From contig CAWDDT010000005.1 in the NCBI GenBank assembly GCA_963801165.1, positions 192,001-256,000 of the forward strand: DNA of 64,000 bases, read 5' to 3'. The stretch's first letter is position 1, and every line of letters begins with the position of its first letter. The stretch is from an uncultured bacterium. Its GTDB lineage: Bacteria; Actinomycetota; Acidimicrobiia; Spongiisociales; UBA5794. The notes under the pieces are model-generated. The model saw only the letters and a list, made by a program, of their open reading frames with translations. It was not told the origin of the DNA and searched no databases. The position numbers and the translations under genes are program-made. Below are positions 28,424 to 38,597 of the stretch, piece by piece.

Positions 28424-29070
28424 GTGTCCACCATATCCGGGGGGTGTGACAAGAAATCCGCACTGTCCCGCCGAGCCGTCAGATCGGGCGCAAACAAATA
28501 CCGTTCGATCATGGGCACAAGCTTCGGTATCAGATCCTCAGCTTCGGCGTCGGCGAGGTCGGGAAGCTCGAGAACGGAGCGGGCCAGGACCAGACCGATA
28601 GCGTGGCTGCCCAGCATCGCAATCCGAAGCCGGGCATCCGGGTAATCGATGAGCCGGGAAGCATTGTTGAGCAGGATCGATGCGAGGAACTCACGCAACA
28701 TCGCTGCCGCGGCTTCATTGGTGGCCGCGGCTCGCAGCAGCGACAGCACCGGCGAGCCCGGCGCCCCGAGTACGGTTAGGTACATCCGGGCGATCGCCTC
28801 TGCCCTAGCTTCTGGCGGCAGAGCCATCACACCCTCGATGAGCTGCACCGGGTTGAACGGGAACTCGTGGGCGGCGGCGAACAGATCCTGCTTGGTCCCG
28901 AAGTGATGGTGGACCAGCGCAGGGTCGACACTGGCACGTGCCGCGATCTCACGGATGGTGGCTCGATCGAACCCAACCTCTCCGAACACCTCGCGGGCAC
29001 CACGAAGGATCTCGCCCTTGGTCACCTCGGGGTCGCCCGGACGTCGTCCCGGACCGCGCTTCCTGCTCAT
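28420..29070 (-). CDS. TetR family regulator
   Basis: GRRPG...FGEVGFDRATIREIAARASVDPALVHHHFGTKQDLF. Confidence 0.92.
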   Translation of the reverse strand: MSRKRGPGRRPGDPEVTKGEILRGAREVFGEVGFDRATIREIAARASVDPALVHHHFGTKQDLFAAAHEFPFNPVQLIEGVMALPPEARAEAIARMYLTVLGAPGSPVLSLLRAAATNEAAAAMLREFLASILLNNASRLIDYPDARLRIAMLGSHAIGLVLARSVLELPDLADAEAEDLIPKLVPMIERYLFAPDLTARRDSADFLSHPPDMVDT

Positions 29071-29903
29071 GAGTCGAGCAGGACCATGGTCTCGTCGAGC
29101 GTCGCCGGAGCCGTTGCCATGTCTGCGGTGACCCCTGCCGCCTCGAGCGCGGCAGCGACATCGTCGACCGAATCACGCAACACCCGAACCGTGGTTCCCG
29201 ACAGAGTGATCAAGCGATCGTCGTTGTCCAGAGCGGCAAACGCCCTATCCCACCGATCAGCGGTGACGGCGACCACAGACAGGTCCCCGATGATGTCATC
29301 GAGAAGCCCGGCGGCGACCACCTTGCCGTGCGACATCAGCACGAGCCGATCGGCCTGCTCCGCCTCATCCATGTAGTGGGTCGACACCAGAACTGCAGCC
29401 CCCGCCTCGGCACGCTGACGAATCATGTCCCACAGCTTGGTTCGCGATAGTGGAGACACCCCGGATGTCGGCTCATCGAGGACGAGCAGCTCCGGGTTGT
29501 GCTGAGTCGCCGCGGCAAACGCGGCGCGTCGCTGCAACCCGAGCGACATGGCGCCGACCAAGCCGTCGAACTCGGCCGGGAGCTCGGTCCGGACCGAGCC
29601 GAATACCTCCGCCCGGAATTCCAGGTTCTCCGCTGCGGTCAGGTCACGGTAGAGACCCAGGTTCTGAGGGACGTAGCCGATACGGCGCCGCTGGTCTCTG
29701 GTCGGCACCGTGCCGAACAACCGGATGGAGCCGGCGCTCGGCTCGAGCAGACCGAGAATCATCCGTATGAGCGTCGTCTTCCCGGCGCCGTTGGCGCCGA
29801 CCAGCCCGACTACCTCTCCCGGCTCGATTTCGAAGTCGACATTGTCGACTGCGGTGAAGTCGCCGAAGCGCCGGGTGACACCCCGGGCGGCTACCGGCTT
29901 CAT
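29067..29903 (-). CDS. ABC transporter ATP-binding protein (YbhF C-terminal-half-like)
   Basis: RRFGDFTAVD, GANGAGKTT, LDEPTSGV and STHYMDEAE motifs. Confidence 0.9.
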   Translation of the reverse strand: MKPVAARGVTRRFGDFTAVDNVDFEIEPGEVVGLVGANGAGKTTLIRMILGLLEPSAGSIRLFGTVPTRDQRRRIGYVPQNLGLYRDLTAAENLEFRAEVFGSVRTELPAEFDGLVGAMSLGLQRRAAFAAATQHNPELLVLDEPTSGVSPLSRTKLWDMIRQRAEAGAAVLVSTHYMDEAEQADRLVLMSHGKVVAAGLLDDIIGDLSVVAVTADRWDRAFAALDNDDRLITLSGTTVRVLRDSVDDVAAALEAAGVTADMATAPATLDETMVLLDS

Positions 29904-30697
29904 CGTTGCCCCCCTGACGCCTTGAGCTCGGCGACGATGGCCACGTCCTCGAGCGTGACGTTGTCTGTAGGTGTCCCAGCAGGGTCCCATTGCCGCCACC
30001 GTCGTCCGTGGCGCCACGCCGTAGCCGGATCGCTGGGTACGGCAACGTCGGCAACCGAGCCGGTCATCGCCGCCCGGACATCGTGTGGCGATCCCGCCGC
30101 AAGCACTACCCCGTCGTGAAGTAGAACCACGTGACCGGCGCGCTCTGCCTCGTCGAGATAGCTTGTCGCCACCAGCACCGCGGCGCCGTCTGCGGCCGCC
30201 CCGGCAATCAGCCGCCACAGGTCCATGCGGCTCACGGGATCGACGCCGGTCGTCACCTCGTCCAGAACCAGCAAATCGGGCTCAGGGAGCAGTGCCATCG
30301 AGCCGGCGAGCTTGCGCCGCTGACCGCCTGAGAGATCGCCGGCGAGCCGATCGCCGAAGCCGGCAATGGCGGACCGCTCCAAGAGGGCCCGGGCGCGGGC
30401 GGACCAGTCGGTGAGACGGTAAGCGTCGGCGACGAACTCCATGTTCTCGTCGACAGTCAGGTCACCGAAGACGCCACCCTGGGGAGGCACGTACCCGGTC
30501 TTGCCGGTGCCGGGGAGTCGGACGGTGCCCTCGTGATCGAGCCCGATGCCTGCAATCACCCGGAGCAGAGTCGTCTTGCCGGCACCGTCGCCGCCGACGA
30601 CCACGTGAACAGCACCGCGCTCGAGCTCCAGCGACACGCCGCTGAGAGCGACCTTGTGTCCGAAGCGGACGGTCAGATCCTCAACACCCCAGGTCAT
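29900..30697 (-). CDS. ABC transporter ATP-binding protein (YbhF N-terminal-half-like)
   Basis: GGDGAGKTT, LSGG, LDEVTTGVDP and ATSYLDEAE motifs. Confidence 0.9.
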   Translation of the reverse strand: MTWGVEDLTVRFGHKVALSGVSLELERGAVHVVVGGDGAGKTTLLRVIAGIGLDHEGTVRLPGTGKTGYVPPQGGVFGDLTVDENMEFVADAYRLTDWSARARALLERSAIAGFGDRLAGDLSGGQRRKLAGSMALLPEPDLLVLDEVTTGVDPVSRMDLWRLIAGAAADGAAVLVATSYLDEAERAGHVVLLHDGVVLAAGSPHDVRAAMTGSVADVAVPSDPATAWRHGRRWRQWDPAGTPTDNVTLEDVAIVAELKASGGQR

Positions 30698-31740
30698 GTT
30701 GCTGCCTCCAGGACTGGTGCGGGCTCGGCGCTGGTCTGCTTCGGCGCCAGATCACGCCGGAAGCGGAGCACCGCCAATGCAAAGATCACCACCGCCATCA
30801 ACGTCAGCACCAGCAGCGGCACCGCCAGCGCGCTCGCCGACGATGCTTTGAGGAAGACGCCTCGCATCCCGATCACGAAGTAGGTGAGCGGCAGCAGGTA
30901 CCCGATCCACCTGACGCCGGCTGCCATCGACTTGAGCGGGAAGATCATCCCCGAAAGCATCACCTGAGGCAGCAGGACCATGATGGCCAGCTGTATCGAC
31001 TCGCCCTGGCTTCGTGACACGGTGGAGATGAGAACTCCGAGCCCGAGCACGACGAAGAGGTAGACGAACGCAAACGCGGCGAACATCAGGAACGAGCCAC
31101 GGAACGGAACGTTGAACAGGAAGATGCCCACGACGGTGACGATGATCATGTCGATGACCGCCACCAGGAAGTACGGTGCGATCTTGCCGACAATCACGTC
31201 GACGGGGCGCAGCGGGGTGACGGCCAGTTGCTCGAGGGTCCCCTGTTCTCGCTCGCGCACGACACCGAGGCTGGTGATCACGGTGCCGATGAAGAGCAGG
31301 ATCAACCCGATCAGCGAAGGCACCATCACCGCCGATGTGCTCAACTCCGGATTGAACAACACCTCGACGTTGGCGCCGGCGGGGAGACTGGTCGCCCTCC
31401 GCATCGCCGATTGTGCGATGAACAACTCCGTGCCGTCTACATACACGGTTGGATGCGGGGCGGTGACGATGGCGACCGAGGCTTTGGAATCTCGCAAGAG
31501 ATCCTTTGCCATCGCGGCATCCCCGCTCGTATCGGTGACCACCACGTTGAAGGCGTCTCCGAGCGCGTTCTCCACGACCTGGGAGCCCGGGCCGAGGACC
31601 GCAGTCCGGATCTCGGTGACGTCGAAGCGGGCGGCGTAACCGAAGATCACCAGCAGCATCACAGGTAGACCGACCATCAACGCCACGGTGCGCCGATCCC
31701 GCCGCATCTGGCGGAACTCCTTGAGGATCATCGCTTTCAC
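30694..31740 (-). CDS. ABC-2 type exporter permease (YbhR/S-like)
   Basis: KEFRQMRRDRRT, VVREREQGTLEQL and LSGMIFP motifs. Confidence 0.92.
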   Translation of the reverse strand: MKAMILKEFRQMRRDRRTVALMVGLPVMLLVIFGYAARFDVTEIRTAVLGPGSQVVENALGDAFNVVVTDTSGDAAMAKDLLRDSKASVAIVTAPHPTVYVDGTELFIAQSAMRRATSLPAGANVEVLFNPELSTSAVMVPSLIGLILLFIGTVITSLGVVREREQGTLEQLAVTPLRPVDVIVGKIAPYFLVAVIDMIIVTVVGIFLFNVPFRGSFLMFAAFAFVYLFVVLGLGVLISTVSRSQGESIQLAIMVLLPQVMLSGMIFPLKSMAAGVRWIGYLLPLTYFVIGMRGVFLKASSASALAVPLLVLTLMAVVIFALAVLRFRRDLAPKQTSAEPAPVLEAAT

Positions 31741-31753
31741 AGGTTCATCTCCT

Positions 31754-31797
31754 ATTTCAACACCTGTTCAATTCCGTAACTCTACAACCGTTGAATT
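31754..31797. promoter_or_regulatory. Two imperfect AATTCAAC-N4-GTTGAATT palindromes, likely operators for the operon's TetR
   Basis: ATTTCAACACCTGTTCAATT (31754-31773) and AACTCTACAACCGTTGAATT (31778-31797), just upstream of the ABC-2/TetR operon. Confidence 0.6.
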
Positions 31798-31822
31798 AGG
31801 TTGACAAGAGGAAAAGCGTTCG

Positions 31823-31860
31823 TGCGTAGACCGTGCCGGGATACCGGCACGGTCTACGCA
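31823..31860. repeat. GTAG-type palindromic (REP-like) element, copy 2; likely terminator of the amino-acid ABC operon
   Basis: TGCGTAGACCGTGCCGG-GATA-CCGGCACGGTCTACGCA, a perfect 17-bp stem. Confidence 0.75.
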
Positions 31861-31880
31861 GGGAGGGACGGGCGGCCGGA

Positions 31881-32621
31881 TCAGTCGACGTCGATGGCGT
31901 GCAGGAAGCGGCGGGTCCTCTCGTGTGCCGGGTTGCCGAGAACCTCCAACGGTGGGCCCTCTTCGACGATGACACCGCCGTCCATGAAAATCACCCGGTC
32001 GGCCACCTGTTTGGCGAAGCCCATCTCGTGGGTGACGACGACCATCGTCATGCCCTCGTCGGCCAGCCCCCGCATCACGTCGAGAACCTCACCGATCAAC
32101 TCGGGGTCGAGGGCGCTGGTGGGCTCGTCGAACAGCATCATGTCCGGGTTCATACACAGGGCCCGGGCTATGGCGACCCGCTGCTGCTGGCCACCGGAGA
32201 GACGGGAAGGATGTTCTTCGACCTTGTCGCTCAGACCGACCCGGTCCAACATCGCGTTGGCCACGCGTCGCGCCTCCTCGACGTCCCGGCCGAGCACCCT
32301 GCGCTGTGCGATGGTCAGGTTGCGCAGCACGGTCAGGTGCGGGAACAGGTTGAACTGCTGGAACACCATGCCGATGCGAGTGCGCAGACCGTCGACGTCG
32401 GCCTCTGGCCCGGTGATGTCCTCGCCCTCTATCAAGATCGAGCCGGACGTCGGTTCCTCCAGCCGGTTCACGCACCTAAGCAGGGTCGACTTGCCGGACC
32501 CGGACGGCCCGATCACGCAGACGACCTCACCTGTGCGCACCACCATGTCAATGCCGCGCAGGACCTCGAGAGCGCCAAAGTGCTTGTGTAGATCACGGAT
32601 CTCGATCGGGTACGCACTCAT
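31881..32621 (-). CDS. Polar amino acid ABC transporter ATP-binding protein (GlnQ-like)
   Basis: [34 protein letters not shown] and VTHEMGFA motifs. Confidence 0.95.
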   Translation of the reverse strand: MSAYPIEIRDLHKHFGALEVLRGIDMVVRTGEVVCVIGPSGSGKSTLLRCVNRLEEPTSGSILIEGEDITGPEADVDGLRTRIGMVFQQFNLFPHLTVLRNLTIAQRRVLGRDVEEARRVANAMLDRVGLSDKVEEHPSRLSGGQQQRVAIARALCMNPDMMLFDEPTSALDPELIGEVLDVMRGLADEGMTMVVVTHEMGFAKQVADRVIFMDGGVIVEEGPPLEVLGNPAHERTRRFLHAIDVD

Positions 32622-33424
32622 CGCTTCTCCGCCTCCGTCCTTCGTTCCAGCCTCCGCACGAGATAAGTCATCGGGAGCGTGATGACCAGGTAGACGAACG
32701 CCACAACTATGAGCGGCGTTGCGTTGGTGTGATCGGCCATGGCGTCTCGAGCGAACTTGGTCAGTTCCTTGGAAACCGGTGTCGTGCCCAGTACGAAAAA
32801 CAGCGAGGTGTCCTTGATGAGCAGCACGAGCTCGTTGGTGAGCGGCGGAATGATGATCCGGAATGCCTGAGGCAAGACGATTCGAGCCATGGCCGTTCCC
32901 GGCGGCATGCCCAAAGAGCGGGCCGCCTCCATCTGACCGCGTGGAACCGCCTGGATTCCGGCGCGGATCGTCTCTGCCATGTATGCCCCGGCAACGATGC
33001 CCAGCCCGATGCATCCCTTGCCGAGGGTTCCACCCGGGATGCGCCACCCGAATGCCAGAGGCAGCCCGTACCCGACGAGCAAGATCGTGATCAGAGCCGG
33101 CAGGCCGCGAAACAGCTCGATGTATCCCGACGCAAACCATCGATACGGTTTGATCGTTGAGAGCTTCATCAGCGCCAGCATCAGCGCCAGCACCAGCCCC
33201 AGCAGGAATGAGAGTGCGGTGTACACCACTGTGTTTCGGGCCGCGATCGTGAAGACTCGCGGCCACATCTCCCGGATGATGTCCAGCTGAAAGAAGTTGG
33301 CGCCGATCTTGTGCCAGTCGGCGAAGAATACAAGGACCACGAGCAGCAGGACCCCGGATCCGTACACCGCGGCTCTCCCCATCCGCTGTCGTCTCCGCCG
33401 TTTCATCACCGCAGTGCTTATCAA
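32618..33424 (-). CDS. Polar amino acid ABC transporter permease
   Basis: [20 protein letters not shown] and KDTSL motifs. Confidence 0.95.
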   Translation of the reverse strand: MISTAVMKRRRRQRMGRAAVYGSGVLLLVVLVFFADWHKIGANFFQLDIIREMWPRVFTIAARNTVVYTALSFLLGLVLALMLALMKLSTIKPYRWFASGYIELFRGLPALITILLVGYGLPLAFGWRIPGGTLGKGCIGLGIVAGAYMAETIRAGIQAVPRGQMEAARSLGMPPGTAMARIVLPQAFRIIIPPLTNELVLLIKDTSLFFVLGTTPVSKELTKFARDAMADHTNATPLIVVAFVYLVITLPMTYLVRRLERRTEAEKR

Positions 33425-33445
33425 GCTCCCTCCCCGTCAATAGAA

Positions 33446-33473
33446 GTGGGGCGACTCCTGGGAGTCGCCCCAC
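33446..33473. terminator. Stem-loop between the substrate-binding and permease genes
   Basis: GTGGGGCGACTC...GAGTCGCCCCAC with an adjacent T/A tract. May stabilise mRNA or act as a partial terminator. Confidence 0.65.
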
Positions 33474-33512
33474 CGTTTTTTCATCGATTCGTCCGGCTAC
33501 TTCCGAGACGGC

Positions 33513-34364
33513 TCAGAACCACTTGTCGTAGATCTCCTGGTAGGTCCCGTTGTCCTTGAGCTTCGCCAGCTCGTCGTTCACCGTCGCCAGCAAACCCTCG
33601 GAGCCCTCCTCCTTGACCGCAAGCCCGTACTGCTCGTTGGTCGGGTAGGTCTCAACGATGGTGACGTCGTCGTGCGACAGCGCATAGTCAGCGTTGGGCA
33701 CGATGTCCTGGAGCACTCCTTCGATGTCACCGGCAGCCAGTGCCGTGAAGATGTCACCCGGATTCTCGTACGAGATCATGTTCGTATCGCTGGGCGCGTT
33801 GTCAGTGGCGTAGATCTCGCCGGTGGTGCCCGTTTGCACACCGAGACTCTTGCCGCTGAATCCGGCCAGATCGGTTATCCCCGAGCTGTTGGCAACTAGC
33901 AGCGACTGGTCGGCCGTGAAATAGGGGTCCGAGAAATCGATGTTCTCCTCCCGGTCCGCGGTGATCGTGATCGACGCGGCGGCGATGTCGCATTGATCTG
34001 ACTCCATCGCAAGACCGGACGTGATCGGATCGAAACCGGTGTTGTTGACCGTCAGTTGTAGACCCAGGTCGTCGGCGATGGCTCGCATCAGGTCCATGTC
34101 GAACCCGGTGTACTCACCGTTATCCTCGAACTCCATCGGTCGATAGGGAGCGTCGGTGCAGACGGTCAATGTGCCCGGGGCGATCAAGGTGTAGTCGTGG
34201 CTCACCATGGCCGTAGTCGTAGTCTCAGCCATCGCCGTAGTCGTAGTCTCGCTGGCCACGGTCGTCGTGGTCGCGCTGGTACCGCCCGTGTCGTCGCCGC
34301 CGCACGCGGTGGCGATCAGGGCGAACGCAAGTGCGAGAACAATCAAGTGAATGGTTCTTTTCAT
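33513..34364 (-). CDS. Polar amino acid ABC transporter substrate-binding lipoprotein
   Basis: Lipobox ATAC, Thr-rich linker, PYRPMEF, GFDMDL, ITITADRE and DFSDPYF motifs. Confidence 0.93.
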   Translation of the reverse strand: MKRTIHLIVLALAFALIATACGGDDTGGTSATTTTVASETTTTAMAETTTTAMVSHDYTLIAPGTLTVCTDAPYRPMEFEDNGEYTGFDMDLMRAIADDLGLQLTVNNTGFDPITSGLAMESDQCDIAAASITITADREENIDFSDPYFTADQSLLVANSSGITDLAGFSGKSLGVQTGTTGEIYATDNAPSDTNMISYENPGDIFTALAAGDIEGVLQDIVPNADYALSHDDVTIVETYPTNEQYGLAVKEEGSEGLLATVNDELAKLKDNGTYQEIYDKWF

Positions 34365-34538
34365 CCCCAATCCTCCTTCGGATCCGGACGGGTCAACCAG
34401 CCCGGTGCCGAAGAGCATAGGCAGAACGCACGGGTCCGCGTACTCGACACGCTCCGAGACCCTCTCTGGCAGCCCGAACTCCGTGGTCGCGAGCGTTGCG
34501 AACTTGCAGTATGTGCCGCCACACCCCAATATGGATTC

Positions 34539-34850
34539 ATGAGTTCGGTCAAGAACGAGATGGTGCGTCTGCATGCCCATATCTGCAAGGGTCTCGCCGA
34601 CCCGAAGCGGCTGATGATCATCGACCTCCTGCGCGACGGTGAGGTCACGGTCACCGATCTCGTTGATGCGCTGGAGATACCGCAGGCGAACGTGTCGCAA
34701 CACCTCGCCGTGCTCCGCGACAAGGGTCTCGTCACCTCGCGCCGCGACGGGCAGTGGGCCTTCTACTCATTGACCTCGCCGAAGACCGTGCAGGCGGTTG
34801 ATCTACTGCGCCAGGTAATGCAAGAGCAATTCGGGGCACTAGCCGAGTAG
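34539..34850 (+). CDS. ArsR/SmtB family regulator
   Basis: KGLADPKRLMII...QANVSQHLAVLRDKGLV..RRDG. Confidence 0.92.
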   Translation: MSSVKNEMVRLHAHICKGLADPKRLMIIDLLRDGEVTVTDLVDALEIPQANVSQHLAVLRDKGLVTSRRDGQWAFYSLTSPKTVQAVDLLRQVMQEQFGALAE

Positions 34851-34854
34851 CTGC

Positions 34855-34881
34855 CTGAACCGGGCCCGCGGCCCGGTTCAG
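34855..34881. terminator. Hairpin between the convergent arsR-like and lppM-like genes
   Basis: CTGAACCGGGCC-CGC-GGCCCGGTTCAG. Confidence 0.65.
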
Positions 34882-34921
34882 ATCCGTGGTCCGCTACACA
34901 GTGGACAGAGCGATCCTTCGC

Positions 34922-35695
34922 TCAGCTGATCGGATTGGCCTGCGTATTCTCCACGGCCTCCACTGCCGCCTTCTTCTTGCGACGGGACATGGCCACGCCC
35001 CCACCGAGAAGGGCAGCCGCGATCACCGCGGCGCCACCGATCAGCAGCGCCGAGCTGCCCCCGGCCGTTGAGGACGCTGCTTCCAGCGCACCGCGCTGCT
35101 CATTGAGAGCGAGGTTCCAGGTCAGCGTGTTGCCGTTGACAGAATCGGCGTTGTTCTCCTTGATGGAGCCGGGCAACGTCAGGCTGAATCGCATGTCGAA
35201 CAAATCGGACAGCATCGACGTGTCGAAGCCCGAGGGCAGGTCCCCGCCGCCGGCCTGATCGAGCGTGCTGGTGAGATCCTGGCCCAGCCCGCTCACGTCG
35301 GCGTTGAAACGGAATTCGTCGCCCTCGTGGGTCAGCTTGAAGCTGTTCACCACATCGGCGCCCAAGGGGCTACCGCTATCGCTTCCAGCCTGGCTGAGGC
35401 GTGAGTTGAGCTCGTCGAACGAGCTGAAATTCCCCGAGATACGCGCTCCCTCAAACCCATCCTCGGAGTAATCCTCGACCGTGAATCCCTCCGGCACCTG
35501 GCCGGTCAGTTGGTCGACGATGTTGGTGTCCTCGCCGCCGCTCTGTGCGACCAGGTCTCGCATCTCCTGGTCGAGACCGATAAACACGGCAAATGTGCCC
35601 GATTCGTCGTCCTTGACATCCACGCCCATATCGAAGCGAATAGTGCATGCAGACAGAGCAAGCGCCAGCAGCATGAGCGGCATAAAGCGTTTCAC
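34922..35695 (-). CDS. LppM-family lipoprotein with C-terminal TM
   Basis: Lipobox LSAC, DESGT and TLPGSIKENNADSVNGNTLTW motifs. Confidence 0.75.
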   Translation of the reverse strand: MKRFMPLMLLALALSACTIRFDMGVDVKDDESGTFAVFIGLDQEMRDLVAQSGGEDTNIVDQLTGQVPEGFTVEDYSEDGFEGARISGNFSSFDELNSRLSQAGSDSGSPLGADVVNSFKLTHEGDEFRFNADVSGLGQDLTSTLDQAGGGDLPSGFDTSMLSDLFDMRFSLTLPGSIKENNADSVNGNTLTWNLALNEQRGALEAASSTAGGSSALLIGGAAVIAAALLGGGVAMSRRKKKAAVEAVENTQANPIS

Positions 35696-35789
35696 TTGGG
35701 TGACTCCTCGTTGGAACTTTCCCCATTATCGACGCCACCGACCGATTCTTGAACCCTCGGCAACGTCCCGGCGAGGATACGCTAGGCCA

Positions 35790-36368
35790 ATGAGCGACGT
35801 GACGGGTGTGATCCTGGCCGGCGGCAGCGCCAGCAGGATGGGACAGGACAAGGCATTTGTTCGCTTTCGCGGCGCCGCCATGGTCACCCACGTGGCCGCG
35901 AGCCTGACTGCGGCGGGTCTCGACGTCATCGTGGTCGGCCGGGGCGAACCGCTGAACGGGCTGGAGACGGTACCCGACGACGGCGTATCCGGTCGCGGCC
36001 CGATGGCGGGCATGGTGACGGGGCTGCGCACCGCGGGCACCGACATCTTTCTCGTCGCCGTCGACCAGCCCTTGCTACGGCCGGAGACGATCACAGCCAT
36101 CCTCCGGCTCCCCGGGGATGCAGTCGTGCCCCGGGCGGACGGTCATCCGCAGGTCACCTGTGCGCTCTATCGGCGAAGCTGTCTGGAGCCTGCCGTGACC
36201 TCTTTGGCGGCGGGCGAGTTGAAGCTGAGACGGATGCTCGACAAGGTGGCGACGAACTACATCGAGCCTGACGTGTGGTCCGGTTGGGGCGAGGATGGCC
36301 GCTCCTGGCTGAGCCTCGACACCCCCGATGCGGTCGCCGCAGCCGAGGTGCACATCGCAACCGAGTGA
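35790..36368 (+). CDS. mobA: Molybdenum cofactor guanylyltransferase
   Basis: ILAGGSASRMGQDKA, GPMAG, VAVDQP and LDTP motifs. Confidence 0.8.
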   Translation: MSDVTGVILAGGSASRMGQDKAFVRFRGAAMVTHVAASLTAAGLDVIVVGRGEPLNGLETVPDDGVSGRGPMAGMVTGLRTAGTDIFLVAVDQPLLRPETITAILRLPGDAVVPRADGHPQVTCALYRRSCLEPAVTSLAAGELKLRRMLDKVATNYIEPDVWSGWGEDGRSWLSLDTPDAVAAAEVHIATE

Positions 36369-36416
36369 ACGCTTTAAGGGGCCAGATTGCGATCGCTCTT
36401 CTACGCTGGGGTCATC

Positions 36417-37271
36417 ATGGACAGCTCCTACCCACAGTCGAACGTCATCTCGGTCGAGACGCAGAACCACATCGCCGTCTTGTGGTTGAACCGTCCCGAG
36501 AAACGAAATGCGATGGCACCGGAGTTCTGGACACGGTTCCCGGAGATAATCGATGCCCTCGGCGCAGACCCTGACGTGCGCGTCATCGTGATCGCGGCCA
36601 GGGGGCCGTCGTTCACCGTCGGCTTGGACCTGGTTGCCTTCGGCCCTGCCGTGATGGCCGGCGACATCGCTGCCATCGACGGATCTCAGTCCGAGTCCGA
36701 CGTGGCAAAGCGGCGCAACACATACCGGCAGATCAGATTGATGCAGAGGACATTCACGGCGATAGCCGCGAACCCGAAACCCGTGATTGCGGCGATCCAC
36801 GGCCATTGTCTCGGCGCCGGGGTCGATCTGGCGACCGCATGCGATATCCGGTTGGCGGCCAACGACGCCGTGTTCTCGGTCAGAGAGACCCGGATCGCCA
36901 TGGTGGCCGACGTCGGCACACTGCAACGGCTCCCCGACATCATCGACCCGGGGAAGGTCGCCGAGTTGGTGTACACGGGCAGGGATTGGGATGCCGCCGA
37001 GGCGCTCCGGATCGGATTCGTGTCCGCAGTCCACGATGACGCCGAGGCCGTCCAGCGGGCGGCGCTGGCGATGGCAGAGACCATTGCGGCCAACTCCCCG
37101 CTTGCCGTTCAGGGGAGCAAGGCGATCCTCAACGGACCACGAGAGCGCAGGATCCAGTCGGAGCTCGACACCGTCGCTCTGTGGAACGCTGCCTTCCTCT
37201 ATTCCGACGATCTCGCGGAAGCCATCCGCGCCTTCGTCGAGAAACGACCTCCGGAGTTCCAGGGACACTAA
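36417..37271 (+). CDS. Enoyl-CoA hydratase/isomerase (dienoyl-CoA isomerase-like)
   Basis: LNRPEKRNAM, KPVIAAIHGHCLGAG and ADVGTLQRL motifs. Confidence 0.9.
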   Translation: MDSSYPQSNVISVETQNHIAVLWLNRPEKRNAMAPEFWTRFPEIIDALGADPDVRVIVIAARGPSFTVGLDLVAFGPAVMAGDIAAIDGSQSESDVAKRRNTYRQIRLMQRTFTAIAANPKPVIAAIHGHCLGAGVDLATACDIRLAANDAVFSVRETRIAMVADVGTLQRLPDIIDPGKVAELVYTGRDWDAAEALRIGFVSAVHDDAEAVQRAALAMAETIAANSPLAVQGSKAILNGPRERRIQSELDTVALWNAAFLYSDDLAEAIRAFVEKRPPEFQGH

Positions 37272-37340
37272 CTGCTAATCCCGGGTCCTTTGGTGACGAC
37301 GGGAGTACCGGCATAATCCGTCGTTGCCGGAGCTCGTGGA

Positions 37341-38597
37341 GTGCGCTTGTCGGAGTACAGGATGTTGAGGGTGGCCGCAGTCAGCGTGGCGGTCGCTTTG
37401 CTTTCGCTACCGGTGGCGGCATCCGCCGAACAGCTCCCCCGGTTCACCGGCGAAGAGTTCAACGACATGTTCACCACAGCCGAGCTCGACAACCTGGCGC
37501 CAATCGGGCCTCCGCCGTCGATCACGGGCAGCGCGTCACTCGACAACCGCATCAGGGCGATCGCCGAAGGGCGTGGGTACATCAGGCGTCCGGTGGCCGA
37601 CGGCCCGCTGACATGGGTGAGCGGGCACCCGATGCAACCGGTCGCCGCCGAGGCGTGGATAGCCCTCCGCGACGCGGCCAAGCAAGCCGGCTACACACTG
37701 CTCCTGCAATCGACATACCGCAGCTACGGCGACCAGAGATACATCTTCCTGCGTCGCCTGCATTCCTACTCCGACTCCGCCATCGATACGCGGCTCCGCA
37801 CCGCCGCCGCCCCCGGCTACTCAAAGCACCACACCGGGTACGCGATGGATATCACCCAATCGGGCTACTCCTTCACGAGCTTTCGGTACACCCCGGCGTA
37901 CAAGTGGATCTCCGCCAACAACTTCGCCAACGCCAAGCGCTTCGGATGGATTCCGAGCTACCCGCCCGACGCACCGTCGCAGGGACCGGAGCCCGAGGCT
38001 TGGGAGTTCACCTACGTGGGTCTCGAGAACATCTACTGCTACGGCTTCACGGCGACGGACGGCAACACGTTCTGTGATGACTGGGGATCCACATTCCACG
38101 CCGACATCGAATGGCTCGTCGACGCCGGGATCACCTCAGGATGCAACGCCGCTGGTGATCGCTTCTGCCCGGACGAGGCCGTCACCCGCGGCCAGTTCGC
38201 GGCTTTCCTGCACCGGGCGGTCGGCGACTCGCTCCCCTCCGTCGGTACGGAGCACGGGTTCTCCGACACGGCCGATTCGGTGTTTGCGGGGGACATCGCC
38301 TGGCTCGCCGCGACGGGAATCACCCATGGATGCGGCCCGGACACGTTCTGCCCCGACGACCCGCTCACCCGGGGCCAGCTCGCGGCCTTTTTTGTCAGAG
38401 CGTTCGGGTACCAGGCCGACAGCGCAAGCGACCTGTTCCGCGACGACGACTACTCGGTGTTTGCCGACCAGATAGATGCCTTCGCCACCGCGGGTATCAC
38501 CCGTGGATGTAACCCTCCCGACAACGACCGATTCTGCCCTGACGACGAGGTGACAAGGGAGCAGATGGCAGCCTTCCTGCACAGGGCGCTCGGGTGA
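37341..38597 (+). CDS. M15B/VanY D-Ala-D-Ala carboxypeptidase with three C-terminal SLH-like repeats
   Basis: STYRSY..Q, APGYSKHHTGYAMD and EAWEF (the usual final His appears as Glu). Three GIT-x-GC...FCP...TR-x-Q repeats. Confidence 0.85.
   Translation: MRLSEYRMLRVAAVSVAVALLSLPVAASAEQLPRFTGEEFNDMFTTAELDNLAPIGPPPSITGSASLDNRIRAIAEGRGYIRRPVADGPLTWVSGHPMQPVAAEAWIALRDAAKQAGYTLLLQSTYRSYGDQRYIFLRRLHSYSDSAIDTRLRTAAAPGYSKHHTGYAMDITQSGYSFTSFRYTPAYKWISANNFANAKRFGWIPSYPPDAPSQGPEPEAWEFTYVGLENIYCYGFTATDGNTFCDDWGSTFHADIEWLVDAGITSGCNAAGDRFCPDEAVTRGQFAAFLHRAVGDSLPSVGTEHGFSDTADSVFAGDIAWLAATGITHGCGPDTFCPDDPLTRGQLAAFFVRAFGYQADSASDLFRDDDYSVFADQIDAFATAGITRGCNPPDNDRFCPDDEVTREQMAAFLHRALG

Noticed and set aside
34200-34275. 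Short direct repeats (GCCGTAGTCGTAGTCTC)
   Set aside because: They encode the Thr-rich linker (ETTTTAM) of the substrate-binding lipoprotein; ordinary low-complexity coding sequence.
34400-34490. Glycine-riboswitch-like fragments (GCCGAAGAGCA...CTCTCTGGCA)
   Set aside because: They are on the wrong strand for the amino-acid ABC operon and lack the 5' GGAGA element; probably chance.
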